Positions 40,299 to 55,100 of a stretch of DNA of 64,000 nucleotides are shown piece after piece (positions within the stretch are counted from its first letter, which is position 1; every line of letters starts with the position of its first letter). The DNA lies in IMG/VR virus record IMGVR_UViG_3300021254_000030, one strand, 5' to 3'. Under the pieces are notes generated by a model that searched no databases, was not told where the DNA came from, and was given only the letters and a program-made list of their open reading frames with translations. Origin of the DNA: a virus. Taxonomy: Duplodnaviria > Heunggongvirae > Uroviricota > Caudoviricetes. The position numbers and the translations under genes were made by a program.

Positions 40299-41339
40299 AT
40301 GAAGTTTGGTGTACGCGAATGTGCAAATATTGTTTTCCGTGCAAAACAAGAGACTGTTATTGGAACTTCAAGATTCCATGTTGGTCAGCCAGTACTTTAT
40401 ATTGATACAGCTACTACATCTTCAATGGAGCAAGCTAGTTCAACCGTGTATGCGCAAGGTGGCCGCGGTAACTCACGTTTAATTGCTTGGGAAGGTGATA
40501 AAACTCTTACATTTACTGTTACTGATGCTCTTATTTCACCAGTTTCTCTAAGTATGTTATCAGGTGCGGGCCTTGTAAAAGAAAGTAATCAAACTGTGCA
40601 CGTACATGCTACCACTGCAGCAACTATGACAGTATCTGGAACAACTAATACTATTGGTACTATTGATTTAACTGATGCTCTTGTTGAATTTGGTCCTTTA
40701 ACAGGAGAGAACGCTATTTCTATTGATGCTGGTACTGATGCACCTATTTTTATTATTAGAACAGAAGATGATGGTTCTATTACAGGAGATATTGTTGTTT
40801 CTGGAAATACTCAAGAAAAGCAAGTTTCATATAAATATGATACTAGTTCTGGAAAAGCTACATTACAGATCGGCGATCCTAAATGGAATTCTGCTAGCGG
40901 AACAGCTATTACAGAAAATGTAAATGTATTAGTTGATTACTATGTAATTAAGAAATCTGAAAAAGTTTCTGAAATTCAGCTTACTCCTGCGGACTTTGCT
41001 GGTTATTACTATGTTGAGGCTGACACTCTATTTAGATCACAGTCTACTGGTATTGATATGCCTGCTAACTTAACATTCCCTAATGTTAAAGTTCAGTCTG
41101 GATTTACTATTGCGATGGCAGGTACTGGTGATCCTTCTACATTTGATTTTACAATGGATGCTTTCCCTGGATACACTTATTTTGATAAGACTAAACAGGT
41201 TCTTTGCGTAATTCAAATTGTTGAAGATAGCTTAGCTGCTACTACTGCGGGACATAGCGTAATGAGAAATGAAGCTCCTGTTGAACATCCTGATGTTTTA
41301 GCAGGTGACAGTGATTTATTTGAAAATGTTTCAGGCTAA
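40299..41339 (+). CDS. major tail (tube) protein (346 aa, no TAG)
   Basis: RBS AAGGAGGAAAAAAC. Sits upstream of the chaperone-like genes and the tape measure. TAG-free. Terminator downstream. Confidence 0.5.
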   Translation: MKFGVRECANIVFRAKQETVIGTSRFHVGQPVLYIDTATTSSMEQASSTVYAQGGRGNSRLIAWEGDKTLTFTVTDALISPVSLSMLSGAGLVKESNQTVHVHATTAATMTVSGTTNTIGTIDLTDALVEFGPLTGENAISIDAGTDAPIFIIRTEDDGSITGDIVVSGNTQEKQVSYKYDTSSGKATLQIGDPKWNSASGTAITENVNVLVDYYVIKKSEKVSEIQLTPADFAGYYYVEADTLFRSQSTGIDMPANLTFPNVKVQSGFTIAMAGTGDPSTFDFTMDAFPGYTYFDKTKQVLCVIQIVEDSLAATTAGHSVMRNEAPVEHPDVLAGDSDLFENVSG

Positions 41340-41361
41340 TAATTAATGAATATTGAATTAT

Positions 41362-41400
41362 GGGGAGGGATGTAGAATATATATCCTTCCCCATTTTTTT
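41362..41400 (+). terminator. intrinsic terminator after the major tail gene
   Basis: GGGGAGGGATGTAGAATATATATCCTTCCCC plus a T-run. Confidence 0.55.
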
Positions 41401-41420
41401 TATTATAGGAGGAAAATAAT

Positions 41421-42422
41421 ATGCCTTCTTCTTATTCAATAATAGAAAATTCTATATTAGATTATTTTAAAACAGCAACAAAAGCAACAAAAAAACAGAA
41501 GTTTGAAAAAATAATTGTTGAATTAAAAAAATTATATGATGAAATGACTCCCCTTAATAGGAATTTAAAAGATACTTTTTTATTATTAAGTAATTTACAA
41601 AGATTTTATGGAATGGATAGGTATCCTGCTTTGTATTATATTTATAATAGTAGTAGTTGGAATTATATTGAAAATGATATAAAAGAAAAAGAAGATATTT
41701 TATTTAAAGATGCTTTAATAGCTTATCATAGAATGAATTAGATTAGAACTTTATTAACTGGAGAAAAAATAACTTATCGAGTTGCCGCAGGTTCACAAAA
41801 AAGAGAATATTTATTATAGGCAGACCTTACATATAAAGAAATTTAGAATAATTTATATTTATAGAGACGTGCAAATGGATATACTATACGATTAAAAGTA
41901 TCTCAATCAGGATTAAAAGAACTCGCTGGAGATAAAATTTAGGAAATTTCAGATCAAAATCCTTCTTCTCTATATTCCGCAGTTTACCGTTATTATACAA
42001 GAGAAAAATTAGCAAGCGGAGGAGTAGGAAACTGGGGAAATTTTTATGAAGCATATCGTTATTTATATTTTAAATATGATGGAGATAATACTAGAATACC
42101 TTCTGACGCAGATTTGTTAGAATCTTTCAAAGCTGTTTTAGGGGGAGGTGGAAAAAGCGGCAGCTTTATAAGAGGAGGCGACGTAGGCTCTGAACAGGAT
42201 AAAGCTTCTTTTGGTAGTTATCCAACTTTAACAAATATTGATACTATTTTAACTACTTTAAAAGAAATTATAGAAATGCTAACAGAATTTATAAATGGAG
42301 ATAGTTAGGGATTAATTTCATTATTAGTAAATAAAAGTATTGATTAGAAAGTTATAAATATAGCAAGACAGTCTGGAGTTGAAGAACTTACTAAAAATAT
42401 AAAAGCCTTTTTGACAACTTAA
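41421..42422 (+). CDS. hypothetical tail protein (333 aa, 7 TAG)
   Basis: Track ORFs 41421..41741 and 42114..42308 are in one frame, ending at TAA 42420. Confidence 0.4.
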
Positions 42423-42478
42423 AAAATTTTTGTTATACTATAAAAAATATGAATTTTAAATTCAAAGGAGATAAAAGG

Positions 42479-43018
42479 ATGAATTATAAAGATTTAGGAT
42501 TACGTCTTAATACAGATACTTATTTTATTGATGTATAGGGAACTAGAATTAATATTAAAAAATATCTCCCTATCAATGATAAAAAGGATTTAATTGAAAT
42601 TACACTACAAAAAGCAGAATAGACAGATGGTACATACAATGAGATATTAATTGATATGTATTTTAATTTATATCTTGTTTATCTATATTCAGATATTGTT
42701 TTTTCTGACGAAGATAGAGAAGATGAAATGAGACTTTATGATGAATTAGAAAGCAGCGGACTGCTTGAAAGAATTGTTGATAAAATACCGGATTCAGAAT
42801 ATAATATTTTAATTAAATATCTGGAAGATATGGAAAAGAGCAGTCTTTCATATAAACATAGCGCAGCAGCTATGGTACAAAAGTTGATTGTAGATTTGCC
42901 GAAAAATGCAGAAGCGGCCGCAAAAATTGTACAAGATTTTGATCCAGAAAAATATAAGGAAGTTGTATCTTTTGCACAACATGCAAATAACAATAGGCCA
43001 ATTCCTATAAATCAATAA
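42479..43018 (+). CDS. putative tail assembly chaperone (179 aa, 2 TAG)
   Basis: Acidic protein immediately upstream of the tape measure. RBS AAAGGAGATAAAAGG. Confidence 0.4.
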
Positions 43019-43041
43019 TAGGTCTAAATAATATAATTTTA

Positions 43042-43088
43042 ATCGCTCTCTTTGTATATTATTACAAAGAGAGCGATTTTTTTATTTT
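43042..43088 (+). terminator. hairpin/terminator before the tape measure gene
   Basis: ATCGCTCTCTTTGTA...TACAAAGAGAGCGAT plus a T-run. Confidence 0.45.
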
Positions 43089-43117
43089 ATTTAGAGACAT
43101 AAGGAGGAAGATAAATA

Positions 43118-46100
43118 ATGGCTCAACAAGGAGGAAGAATTGATTTTCAAATTGGGTTTAAAGCCGATAAATCTGGTATTTAGGATTTAAAGAAATCTTT
43201 ACAATAGATACAAAAAATTAAACCTGCAAATTTCGATGGAACTAAAGAAGATTTGCGGGAAGTGAAAAGTGTTGCGGCGGATGTAGAATCTGCCTTAACA
43301 AAGGCTTTTAATCCTAATATTAATTCTATTAATTTAAAAACATTTGATAATGAATTAAAAACGTCAAAAAGATCAATTGACGATATATATGCCAGTTTTT
43401 CTAAGGCGGGCGCTCAAGGCTAGGTCGCATTTAGTCAAATGGCAAGATCTGTTTTAACTACTAATCAACAGTTAAAATAGACACATAGCTTAATTAACTA
43501 GATGGGAACCACAATGGTGAATACTGTTAAGTGGGGAATCGCATCTAGCGTAATGAATACTTTTACATCAAGTGTTCAAAGTGCTTTTAAATATGTTGAA
43601 AGTTTAGAGAAATCATTAACTAATATTAGAATTGTTACGGGTGATTCTCAAGAGAAGATGTAGCAATTTGCGGCGTCCGCTAATCGTGCTGCGCAGGAAC
43701 TAGGTCGTAGTACTATGGATTATAGCAAGGCCGCATTAACTTTCTACCAGCAAGGTTTGGATGAGGATGCTGTTTAGGCTAGAACACAGGCTGTATTAAA
43801 AGCGCAGAATATTACTGGCGCAGGGTCTGAGATGGCCGACTATATGACATCTGTATGGAATGGTTATAAAGTTGCCAACGAATAGGCGTAGCTCTATGTC
43901 GATAAACTGGCCGCAGTTGCAGATAGCAGCGCATCTGACATGAGTTAGTTAGCTGTTGCTATGTCTAAAGTTGCATCTACCGCAAGTACCTTGGGTGTTG
44001 ATGCAGACCAATTAAATGCTCAACTTGCTACTGTTATTGCTACTACGAGACAGGCTCCAGAGGCGGTCGGTACTGCTTTTAAAACTATTTATACTCGTAT
44101 GAATGATATAAAAGCTGGAACAGATGATGCATAGATTAGTTTAGGTAACTACTCAGGAAAAATGGCAGAATTAGGTTTTAATGTACTTGATGCTACAGGT
44201 CATTTAAGAGATACTGGGTAGGTTATGTAGGAAATAGGTTCCCGCTGGGATACTTTAACGAAAGAGCAACAAATCTATTTAGCTACCACTATGGGTGGTC
44301 AGAGACAAGTCAACCAGTTAATTGCTTTGTTTGATAACTGGACTACTTATAGCGAATTATTAAATACCTCTCTAGAATCTGAAGGTACTCTTGCACAGAA
44401 AAATTCTGTTTATCTTGAGTCTCTTGGTGCTAAGATGGAACAGCTAGGCGCTGCAGGAGAACGTGTTAAAGCTAGTTTAATTGATAGTGAAAGTTTTGGT
44501 AATGTTATTGATCTATTGACTACTGGGACTAATTTACTTGGTACTTTTATTTAGAGTATTGGCGGCGGTGGCGCTGCATTACTTGGATTAGGCGGTATCG
44601 CTACACAAGTGTTTGGCGGAGTAATTTCTAAAGAGATTAATACGGCTATTACTAATTTCCAAAATATGAGATTTAATATTGAGCAAGGCAAAAAAGAAAT
44701 GGCTTTAACTCAATAGTTTGGAGAATCTCAAGGTTATCAACAAGGTGCTATTAATGAGATGCTTGATGCTAAACGATAGATGCAAGAATTTTATTCTGTT
44801 ATGTCTGTTGAATAGCGTAAATCTTATAATGCTATTGTTGAACAAATCGGCGCTGCAAAAGAGCAAGTTATTTTAGAACAAGAAAAAGTTGATAGAGCAA
44901 AAGAATATGAAAGAGCTTTAACATAGGCTGGAAAAATAAATAAAACTGATTTTTAGGGACAGTAGGATTTAATTGCAGAAGATATAAAAACTATTATTAC
45001 TTCTATTGAATCTTTGCAGTAGGCTACTTCAAATGCTGATAAACTTGAATATTTTGATAGAATGATCGACCAGGTTGATCAATTAAAATTTAGCCTAGGC
45101 GATTTAAATGATAAAGATATTAATAAAGCCTTTTCAAATTTAGAAGATTTAAAACAAAGAAGAGAAAAACTTATTAATGATAGAAATGATGTAGCAGTAG
45201 TAGATTAGTTTGGCCAGCAAGAATATGATAATTATACCAAACAAATAGATGCTGTTGAAGAAAAAATTCAAAAAGCAGTAATTAATATAAAAAATGCTAT
45301 TTAGAGTGTTGCAAATCTTCATATAGATATGGAAGTTAATGAAGATAACGTGACTTAGGCACAAAAGAAATTAGAGGATTTAAAGAAAACTGCTGCTTAG
45401 GTTCAACAGCAAATGTCTCAAGGTCTTACTGTATCAAATATAGTACAAGGTATTGGTGCATTAGGTCAAGCAACATCAGCTTTAATGGCATTTGGAAATA
45501 GTATAAAAACTATTTTTGATGATAGTGTACCTCCAGCATAGAAATTCTTTAAAGTAATTTTAAGTGGTTCTTATGCTATTCCTACGCTAGTAACAAGTAT
45601 ACAAAAATTAAATACTATTACTAAAGCTGTGTCTGCGGCAACTATAAATGCTACAAAAATTCAAGCTGCTAAAAATGCTATTCAACAAGCCTAGGTTACA
45701 GTTGAACAGGAGGCTGCGGCTGCTAAAGGTGCAAATGCGGCAGCAGCTGGTGGAGAGGCTGCAGCTACAGCAGGAAGCACTGCGGCAACAGGAGCAGATA
45801 CCGTAGCGAAAGAAGCAGATAATGCGGTAACAACGCGATTAACAATTGCACAAGACGCATTAAACGCTGCAATGGCTGCAAATCCAATAGGATTGGCCTT
45901 AGCTGTTATGGCGGGGCTTGTCGTAGCTGTGACGGCAGCGACTGCCGCGTATGACCATTTCCATATGTCTACTGAGTAGGCAGGTTAGGCTATTGATAAT
46001 TTTAATCAAAAAGCAGAACAAACTAAAAATACTGTTAAGCAATATAATTCTGATTTATCTAATTTAGATAGCGCAAAAGATGAGTGGGAAAAGTTATCTA

Positions 46101-49100
46101 ACCGTGCGGGAAGTTATAATTCTACTATTGATAATTTAACCGAAGATGAGAAAGCGCGTTATTTTGAATTAAGTAATTTAATTGCTCAATATAATGAGGG
46201 TGCTGTTGCAGGTTATGATGAACAAGGCAATGCTATTATTGCTAATAATGATGCTCTAAAAGAGACTATTTAGTTATTAAAAGAAAAACGTCGAGCATAG
46301 TTAGATTCTACTTATGATAGTGAAGAGTTTAGAAACGCAGAAAAAGGTAAACAAGTTCTTTACGATAACGCAAAAGACAAAAAAGAATTGAATGAAGGCC
46401 TGCTTGAAGATACTACTTCACATTTAACTAATCAATTATAGGCAAGAGGTCGCTCATTAACCGCAGCATTTGAAACCGCAGATAAAGATACTCAAGAGCA
46501 ACTATCAGCATATAATGAGCAATTAACAGAAATTCTTGCTGGTGGAGCAAAATAGATCTTTGAGAAACGAGAATAGTTAATTAAAATTTTTGAGCAATTT
46601 CAAGATAAAGGTTTACTTCCAGCAGATTTTACAGTAGCTTCTATTAATGAATTAAAAACTTTTAATGATTCTATAAAAGATATAGAAGGTAATATAAGTG
46701 ATGCATAGAAATAGATAAAAAATCTTGAAAGACTTAATATTCAAGAAATTACCAATATACTTCAAACTTCTAATTATGACAAATATTATTCTTAGTTAGA
46801 AGCAGCAGGTAATCAAAATATAAATGCAATTATAGCCGCTTATGCATCAGGAATGGATTCTGTTGATGAAAATGGAATACGGCTTACATCAGAGGCGGCC
46901 GCCCAAAAAATAAATGATGATTTTCTTTCAGTCTTTTCTGAAACGTTAGGTAAAGTTGATGAAGATACTGGTGTATCAATTTATCAAGGTTTTCTTGATA
47001 AAATTGCTAATGACGAAAATTTACAAAAAAATAATTTTTCATCATTACAAGAAAAAAATGCTTATATAAAATAGCAATTAGAGAATTTCTTTAAAGAAAA
47101 TCAAGATATGTTAAAAGGATTTGAAGGAGCTTCAGATAAATCTAAAGAAGCTATTTAGAAACTTTTAGCGAACGCTTTTAATATTTAGGATATTAATATT
47201 GATTTTAATACGGGAAAAATAGAATCTATAGCTAATGAGCGAATGTCTGCTCTTCACGATAGAATTAAAGAAATAGTTTAGAACGAGCGAGGAAAAGGTG
47301 CTGCAGGGTTATCTAATGATATTATTTCTTCATTATTACCTTCTGATATAGATGAAGCGTAGTTTGATTATATAATAGAGAATTTTGAAAGATTTTATAA
47401 AAAAATAGGAGATGCAAAGAAGGCTCTTGAAGAAGCTACTTCTTAGTCTTTAACTACATCAAATCTTTCTTAGAACTTAGGCACTTTAGGTTTAGCGAGT
47501 CGACAAAATCAAGGCTAGAATTTATCTCAAAAATAGACTGATAGTTTATTGCAAGGATTAGAATAGTTAGGAAGAATTTATCCATAGCTAGATTAGGCAG
47601 CTAATATTTTAGCTCAAGATCAGCTCGCAGGTACAGCACAATATCAAGCAGCTTTACAAGATGTTAATAATACTTTAATATAGAGTACTCTTCATGCTAT
47701 AGAAATGGCAGATGATGGAGGGGAAGCAATAAAAACAGCTTATACTGAAGGTCTTTCTACTGCTGCACAAGCTATTGACGCTTTTGAAGCTGGTATTTTA
47801 ACATCTGGAGATAAAATAAACGAATCTTTAGCTTTTACTGCAACAAAATTATCTGAACTAGATGATTTATTAGGATACGGGGCTATTTCAGGAGAAACTT
47901 TTGGGGCTGCTTTACAATCAGTATCTGACACAGAAGCTGCATCTTATGGATTAAATATTGATGAATATTAGAGTTATGTTGATCTTCTTCGTGCCACTAA
48001 TGAAGAATATGCAAATAATGAATTTTTAGCAAGACAAGTTGCTATTGCTAATGAGAGAATTGCAAAAGGAACAGAAGACTTAATAGATAATTGGAAAGAT
48101 TGGAATGATGCTATTTCTGATTATATTAATTCAGGTGATGATGTTTTAGCATTAGCTGATGACTGGGGAGAGTTGAAAGAAGCTATTGCCAATACTTTTA
48201 ATATGTAGCCTGAAGCGGTAGATATGTTAGGCCCCAATTTTGTAGCAGACAACTGGGATAAAATTCAACAAGTTAAAGATGGTGTTGAAGGAGCCTGGGA
48301 AGAGTTAGATGCTTTAATGAGTCAAACTCTAGTTCTTAATGCTTATGGAGTCGCAGATTTTTCTGAATTAGATCAAAATATACAAGATGCTTATAATGCT
48401 ATACAAGAATTAGATGGAACTAACGTTTCTATCGTGGCGGGTATGGAAGGTACTGATGATATATTAAATGCTTTCCAAACGATTGCAGACGGAGCCCATT
48501 GGACATCATCTGAAGCACAAGCTGCTTTTAGCCAAATGGGATATAGTGTAGAAGTTCAAGAAAAGCCTGATGCAATGCATAGTCAGACTGAAGAGACTCA
48601 ATACTATGTACCACCTACTTACACAATGGAGTCAGTGCCTTTTACTTTAGGCCCTTTTGGAACAACGGGAAGTATATCTTATCCTACAATTTCTCAAGAA
48701 GCTCACTATGAATCTGCCGGGGGAGGAACAAAATAGAGTTATGAGCCTGGAGCTTATACTATAAAATCAGTAACTTCTAACGGTAAATCTTCTGGTGGTA
48801 AAATATCCCGGAAAACAGTCGGCAATCATGGAGGAGGAAAATCTTCTGGTGGCAAAGGCGGAAGAGGTAAAAAAGGAAAGGGAGGAAAAGGTAAGAAAGG
48901 TAAATCTTCTACTCCTAAAACTCCGAAAACTTAGAAGTCGGTAAAAGATACTCAAGATCGTTACCATGATGTTAATATAAAATTAAAAGATATTGATAAT
49001 GAATTATCAAAAGTCAATAAAGAACAAAGCAAATTAACGGGTCCAGAGTTATTAAAAAATCTTGAATAGCAACAAAAACTATTAGATAAACAAGTTGCTA

Positions 49101-52027
49101 CCTATAAAGAAAAATTAGAATTAGAAAAACAATAGAGGGATTAGGTACGAAATAGATTAGCTAAATAGGGAGTTACTTTTGATCCTAGTGGTAATATCGC
49201 TAACTATTCTAATGCTCTTTCAAAAGCACTTGCCGATTATAATGCCGTAATAGCTAAATATAATCAGATGAGTGCGGAAGATCAATAGAAGAACAAGAAT
49301 ATGTTAGATAATGCTAAATAGAAATATGAAACTATTAAAAAAGATATTTAGCGTTATGATAAAATTGTTTCAGAAGAAATTCCTGGTCTTGAAAAATCTG
49401 TACAAGAGGCAATTGATAAACAAACTGAAATTAATATTGAAAAATTTAAAATAAAAGTTGATTTATAGCTAGATTTGTCTGAAGCATAGCGTGAATTTAA
49501 TTAGTTCCAAAATAAAGTTAAAAAACAGTTAAGAGACGATGACGTATTAGGTCAGGCCAAGGCTTCATTTAAAAACTTATCTTCTTATTACAAGAACGGA
49601 TATGACGTTATACAAAGTTTAACAGACCAAGTTCGTAATACGTTAACAGAAATTAATCAAATTGATAGCAGAGGGTATTCTGCGGTATACGGTAACAATA
49701 AGGCGGCCGCCCTTGAAGATTTAAAAAACTATATGAAATAGTTAATGAGCAATCTTTAGGACGTAGAAGATATAGTCAATAATATTAAAAATTCTATTTT
49801 TGATGCTATTGATAAAGCACAAGAGGCTTTTGATGAACAATAGAAAGAATATGAACAAATTACAGATTTAATTGACCATAATAAACAGGTTGTTTAGCTG
49901 TTACGCGGAGATGATGCCTATAAAGAATTAGAAAAGTATTATAAGTTACAATAGACGAATAATAATAAAGAATTAGATTTCTTACGTCAACAAAAAGATT
50001 TATGGTACAGTCGTATGAAAGAATAGGAAGTTCGCATGAAACAACTTCCTGAAGATTCTAACGAATGGAAATAGGCAAATGATAGATTTAAAGAATATGA
50101 AAAACATTGGTTAGATTCTTTAGATTCTTTAAACGATAAAGTTGAAGATGCTATTGAAAATATTATTGATAAATATACCAATGCTATTGATAAAGCCTTT
50201 GATAAATTAGAAAATAAATTAACTAAAAATAAAGGTTTAGAAAATATTTCTGAAGAATGGGAATTAATTAATAAGCAGGCGGACATGTATTTAGATCAAG
50301 TAAATTCTATGTATGAAATAGATAAACTTGAAAATGCATATCGTGATGCTATTAAAGACAATGATGGTAATTTAAAGGCTCAGAAATCATTAAATAATAT
50401 GATGAATGAGCAATTAAAGTTTTTACGAGATAAAGATAAATTAACTCAATATGATGTTGATAGAGCAAACGCTTTATTACAAATTGAAATAAAACGTTTA
50501 GCATTATAGCAGCAAAGACAAAGTAAAACTAAGTTAAGACTAAGACGTGACGCGCAAGGTAACTATACTTATCAATATACTGCGGATGAGGAAGCTAGCC
50601 AACAGGCTCAGCAAGAACTAGCGGACGCTGAAAACAGTTTATATAATATGACTAAATAGGCTTATAAAAATAACCTAGATTCATATTATGATACAGTAGA
50701 GGATTGGCAAGATAAAGTCAAAGATGTTTATAAAGATACTACATTAACTGTTGATTAGCAGCAAAAGAAAGTTGCAATGCTAAATGAATATTACGGCGAC
50801 ATTATTAATGGTCTAACTCAGAATAATGAAGATTTAAAGAAATACATGATGGAAGATACATTTAATGAAATGGCTAAAATGTATGATACCAATGTTGATA
50901 ACTTTAAAGCTATGACACAGGCTGAGAAAGATATTATAATGAAAGATATGGTTCCTTACTGGAAATCTGGTATCCAAGAAATGGCGGACGTGGTTGCGAA
51001 ATCTGATGGCGGATTCTTACCAGTAACGAAAAATGCTTTCAAAGAATTAGATAATGCCACTAAAGAATATGTTAATTCCTTAGATGATATATAGGCGGCC
51101 GCGCAGGTTAATTTCGATGCTGTTGCTAATGGAGTGGATAACAATATCGCAAAAACTGAAAATCTTTTAGATACTAATAATAAATTAATAGATGGCTATG
51201 ATAAAGAATTAGACAGAGTGCAAGCCGTAATCAATGAAGTTCAAAATTTAGTAGATACTTATAAACTTGCTAAAGATGAGGCTCTTGAAGCAACAAATGC
51301 CGCATATAAATTCATCCAAGCCGATTCAAAAAAGACTAAAACAGAAGCAAATAATAATAATTATTATGGCGGCAGTGGTGGCAGCACGGGAGGAAATAGT
51401 GGAAGCTCTTCTTCTGGTAACGGGAATAGTACAAGTAGCAACGGAGGAAGTAAGGCTAATAATACTTCTTCAGCTTCAGGAAACAAAACAAATAGTAGTA
51501 ATAATTAGAATGTGCTGTTTAGCGGAGCAGGATCAAAGATTACAAATGGAACTATTTTTAAAGTGAATGACCCAGAAGATCAAGGTATTTTAGCAGGTTC
51601 CGCGGCGTTGTAGGAATTAAAGAAGAAAAAGAATAGCAATAAGATTTCTCTTGTTGATTTAAAGAGCGGAAAGATTTCTTCTTATGCTTCTGGCGGATAT
51701 ACTGGAGACTGGGGTAACGACGGAAGATTAGCAATTTTACATTAGAAAGAATTAGTTCTAAACAAAGATGATACTTAGAACATCTTATCTGCAATCCAAA
51801 TCGTTAATCATTTAGATGATATATTAAATAGTTTTAAAATTAATACAAATTAGCAAACAGGTCTTTTAAATGAATTTACTCGTCGTTCAAGTGAACAGGA
51901 CGGAATTGGTCAAAATATTATAATCAACGCTGATTTCCCGGCCGCAAAAGACCATATGTAGATTGAAGCTGCTTTTGATAATCTCATTAATCGAGCAAGT
52001 CAATTCGCTTTTAAAAATAGACGATAA
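43118..52027 (+). CDS. tape measure protein (about 2969 aa; on the order of 100 in-frame TAG, no TAA/TGA)
   Basis: Track ORFs 44291, 46853, 47705, 48224, 50285, 50777 and 51134 all sit in frame 2 with ATG 43118. Hand translation of 43118-46900 shows only TAG interruptions. Hydrophobic segment at about 45840-45960. G/S/N-rich tract 51361-51508. Ends TAA TAA at 52025. Confidence 0.6.
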
Positions 52028-52157
52028 TAAAATAAGTAAGTTACAATTCTAATAAGATTGTAACTTACTTATAATTAATTATAATAAGGTCATTTTTTTA
52101 TAATTAATTATATGTTTTTTTAATTTTCTTTAAAAGAGGAAAAAGGAGAATTTATCA

Positions 52158-55100
52158 ATGGGAAGATAGAAGTATTAGGACGCACTTTTGTAGTCTATGT
52201 CAATCATCGCGGAAAATAGCGTTAAAAAAGCGTAGTATGATAAGACTATACAAGCTACTATTGTTAAATGTGTAGATCCTACTATATAGCAATATCAAGT
52301 AAAATATCAAGATAGCCATTGGTATGCTTATGGTAATGGGGCGGGTATTGCTTATCCCGTAGGGTCAAATGTATATATATTAGTTCCTAAAGGGGATATG
52401 TCTCAAATTAAAACTATTTTAGGAACAGTTGAAAAATTAGGAATTAATTATGTTAATCCTATTGCAGAAGAAAATAAATATGAAGAAACAGGTAATAACG
52501 TTGCAGAAAGTTTAATAGAAGGGTAGGAGTTTGGATTATGTTCTTATAAGACTACCGATAGTATAGTATTATATGGCGGAAAAAAAGATAAAATTACTAT
52601 TAACAATACAACTATGAAGCAATATATAAGAACTGCTACTCATATTTGTTGTTCTTTTGATATTAGAACTAATTTAAATTTTGAACAAAGATATAAAGGA
52701 AAATATGGAATAAGGTTTACAATAGAGGTTACAGATAAAACTACTCAAGCGAAAACTAATATAACTAGAACGTATACAATAGATACAGATGTAATGACTG
52801 GTAATCCTTATTTATTCTCAACTCCTATTAATCAAAAAATCTTTTTATAGATAGATGAAACTAATGCCAATAATTTTCAAAGGATAAGTAAAGTTGAATT
52901 ATTTTCTGAAGGATTTCCTATTACATCAAAAGAACAGAAGCCCGCAGACATATTTTTCTCTAATATTTCTTTCCAAGGAATGAAAAGATTAACTTAGGAA
53001 GAAATGAATACTGTAGCTTTATCTTTTGTTGCAAAAAAGGGTTATATCTTTTAGGAAAAGACTACTTTAAAAGAACTTCCTATATAGGCTGTTGTAAGAG
53101 CTAACGGGAAAGTTGTAAATAATGCTTCACAAAATATTAAATATTATTGGTTTATAAAAAATATAGGCGTTACCGCCAGTAGCCCAGAATATACTAAAGA
53201 AGGCGGGCAGGGTTGGTTATGTTTAAATTCTTACAAAAAAGTAGGAAATAATCGTGAATATAATTCTGGAAAGAAAAATTTTACCGTTAAAATAGAAGAT
53301 GTAAAAACAGAAGAAACTGTTTATAAATGTGTTATTATATATGGAGATTCTAAGTTTTCAAAAACTTTTAAAATTATAAATAAAAATGCAAAATATGTAA
53401 TTAAAATTACTTCTAATAAAGGTACAGAATTTTAGTATGGCATTGGTACACCAATTTTAACATGTCAAGTAAAAAATGAAAACAAGAATGTAACTTCGGG
53501 TATCGCATATATATGGTCTGTAAGTGATAAAATGGGTGTGTCAACTCCATTAACAGCATCGGGTAATCATATAGAATATGATGTTAGAAATATTATAGGT
53601 TTTAATACTATCTCTTGTACTGTTTGTACAGAAATAAAAGGTAAGTTGGGTGATGTTATTGGTACGGCGGAAATTACTTTGGTCAATAAAAAAACTTCAG
53701 ATGGTGGTTTTACTTTATTAATTAATAATGGTTAGCAAGTTTTTAATTATAATGAACAAGGATTAAGCCCTTGTAAAAATAAAACAGTTAATTTCACAAT
53801 TCCAAATTTAAGTTTTACATTATATGATAAAAAAGGACAGATAGTGCCGTTATAGAATATTCCTAAGTAGAATATAACTTGGTCAAGAACTAATACAAAT
53901 AGTAATAGCGCAATGATTGAATCATTAACTTTTAACGATAGACGTACTTAGGCTTATTATACGATTAGAGATTATTATAGAAGTAATACTAGCCATGATA
54001 ATATTAGATTAAGAATTATTTATGCAGGATATGAACTTACTGCAATGACTAATTTTTTATTTACTCGTTAGGGATACGCAGGAACAAATGGCACAGGTAT
54101 TGTTGCAAGAATTAATGTTCAATATAATAGTAATGTAATTAATAATAACTATGTTCCAATTATATATAAAAATTCTAAAAATTTTACTAGGTTAATTGCT
54201 TAGTTATGGGTAAATGGAGAGAAAATAAATACTAGTAAAATTACAACAGTTTGGTCAATTTTAAAGAATCCTACAGAAGAAACTTATATTAGAGTAAAGC
54301 AAGAAACAGAAGAAATTGGGAAAACAATTACACACCTTAATTCAGCAATAGTAAATAGACTTAAAGATGCAGAAAGTGGTGATGTAATACCTATTTCGCA
54401 ATATAAACAAAATTTTTCTAACATTGTACAAGTTACAATAATTTATGAAAGTAAAAGATATTATGCTACTTTACCAATAATAACGGCAGATTAGAATGGT
54501 AGCTATAAAATTTATTTAAAAGAAAATACTGGTTTTGATGAAGTCTTATATATGGATGATGGAACGTATCCCAGTTATACCAATAGACCTTTTTCTTTTG
54601 TTATTGTAGATAATAATAATGATGTTGTAACTGAAAATACACATTTTTATTATATTCATGACGACAATAGCAGTACAAAAGATGGAAAAACTTTAAAATT
54701 AATAAATATTGGACAGAACAATACTTGGAAAACCTGGATGGTTTATGGAGAAAATCGTAATTATACTCCTTCTCAAACTTTTGATGGACAAAGTACAGCA
54801 AAATATATAAATTGCAAAGCTATAATAACAAAAGATGGAGAAATTTCTAAAACTTTTTATATTAATGTTCCTATTTATCACCATTTAAATTTATATGGAC
54901 ATGCCGCAATTAATGAATGGAATGGTAATTCTATATAGATTAATGATAAGCATGATATTATTTTATCTCCTCAAATCGGCGCAGGAGGTAAAGATAAAGA
55001 TACAAATTCATTTACAGGAATTGTAATGGGTGCTGTTAAAAATAGTGAAGGAACACGCACCGGGCTTTTTGGATATAGTAAAGGTGCGCAATCAATTTTT

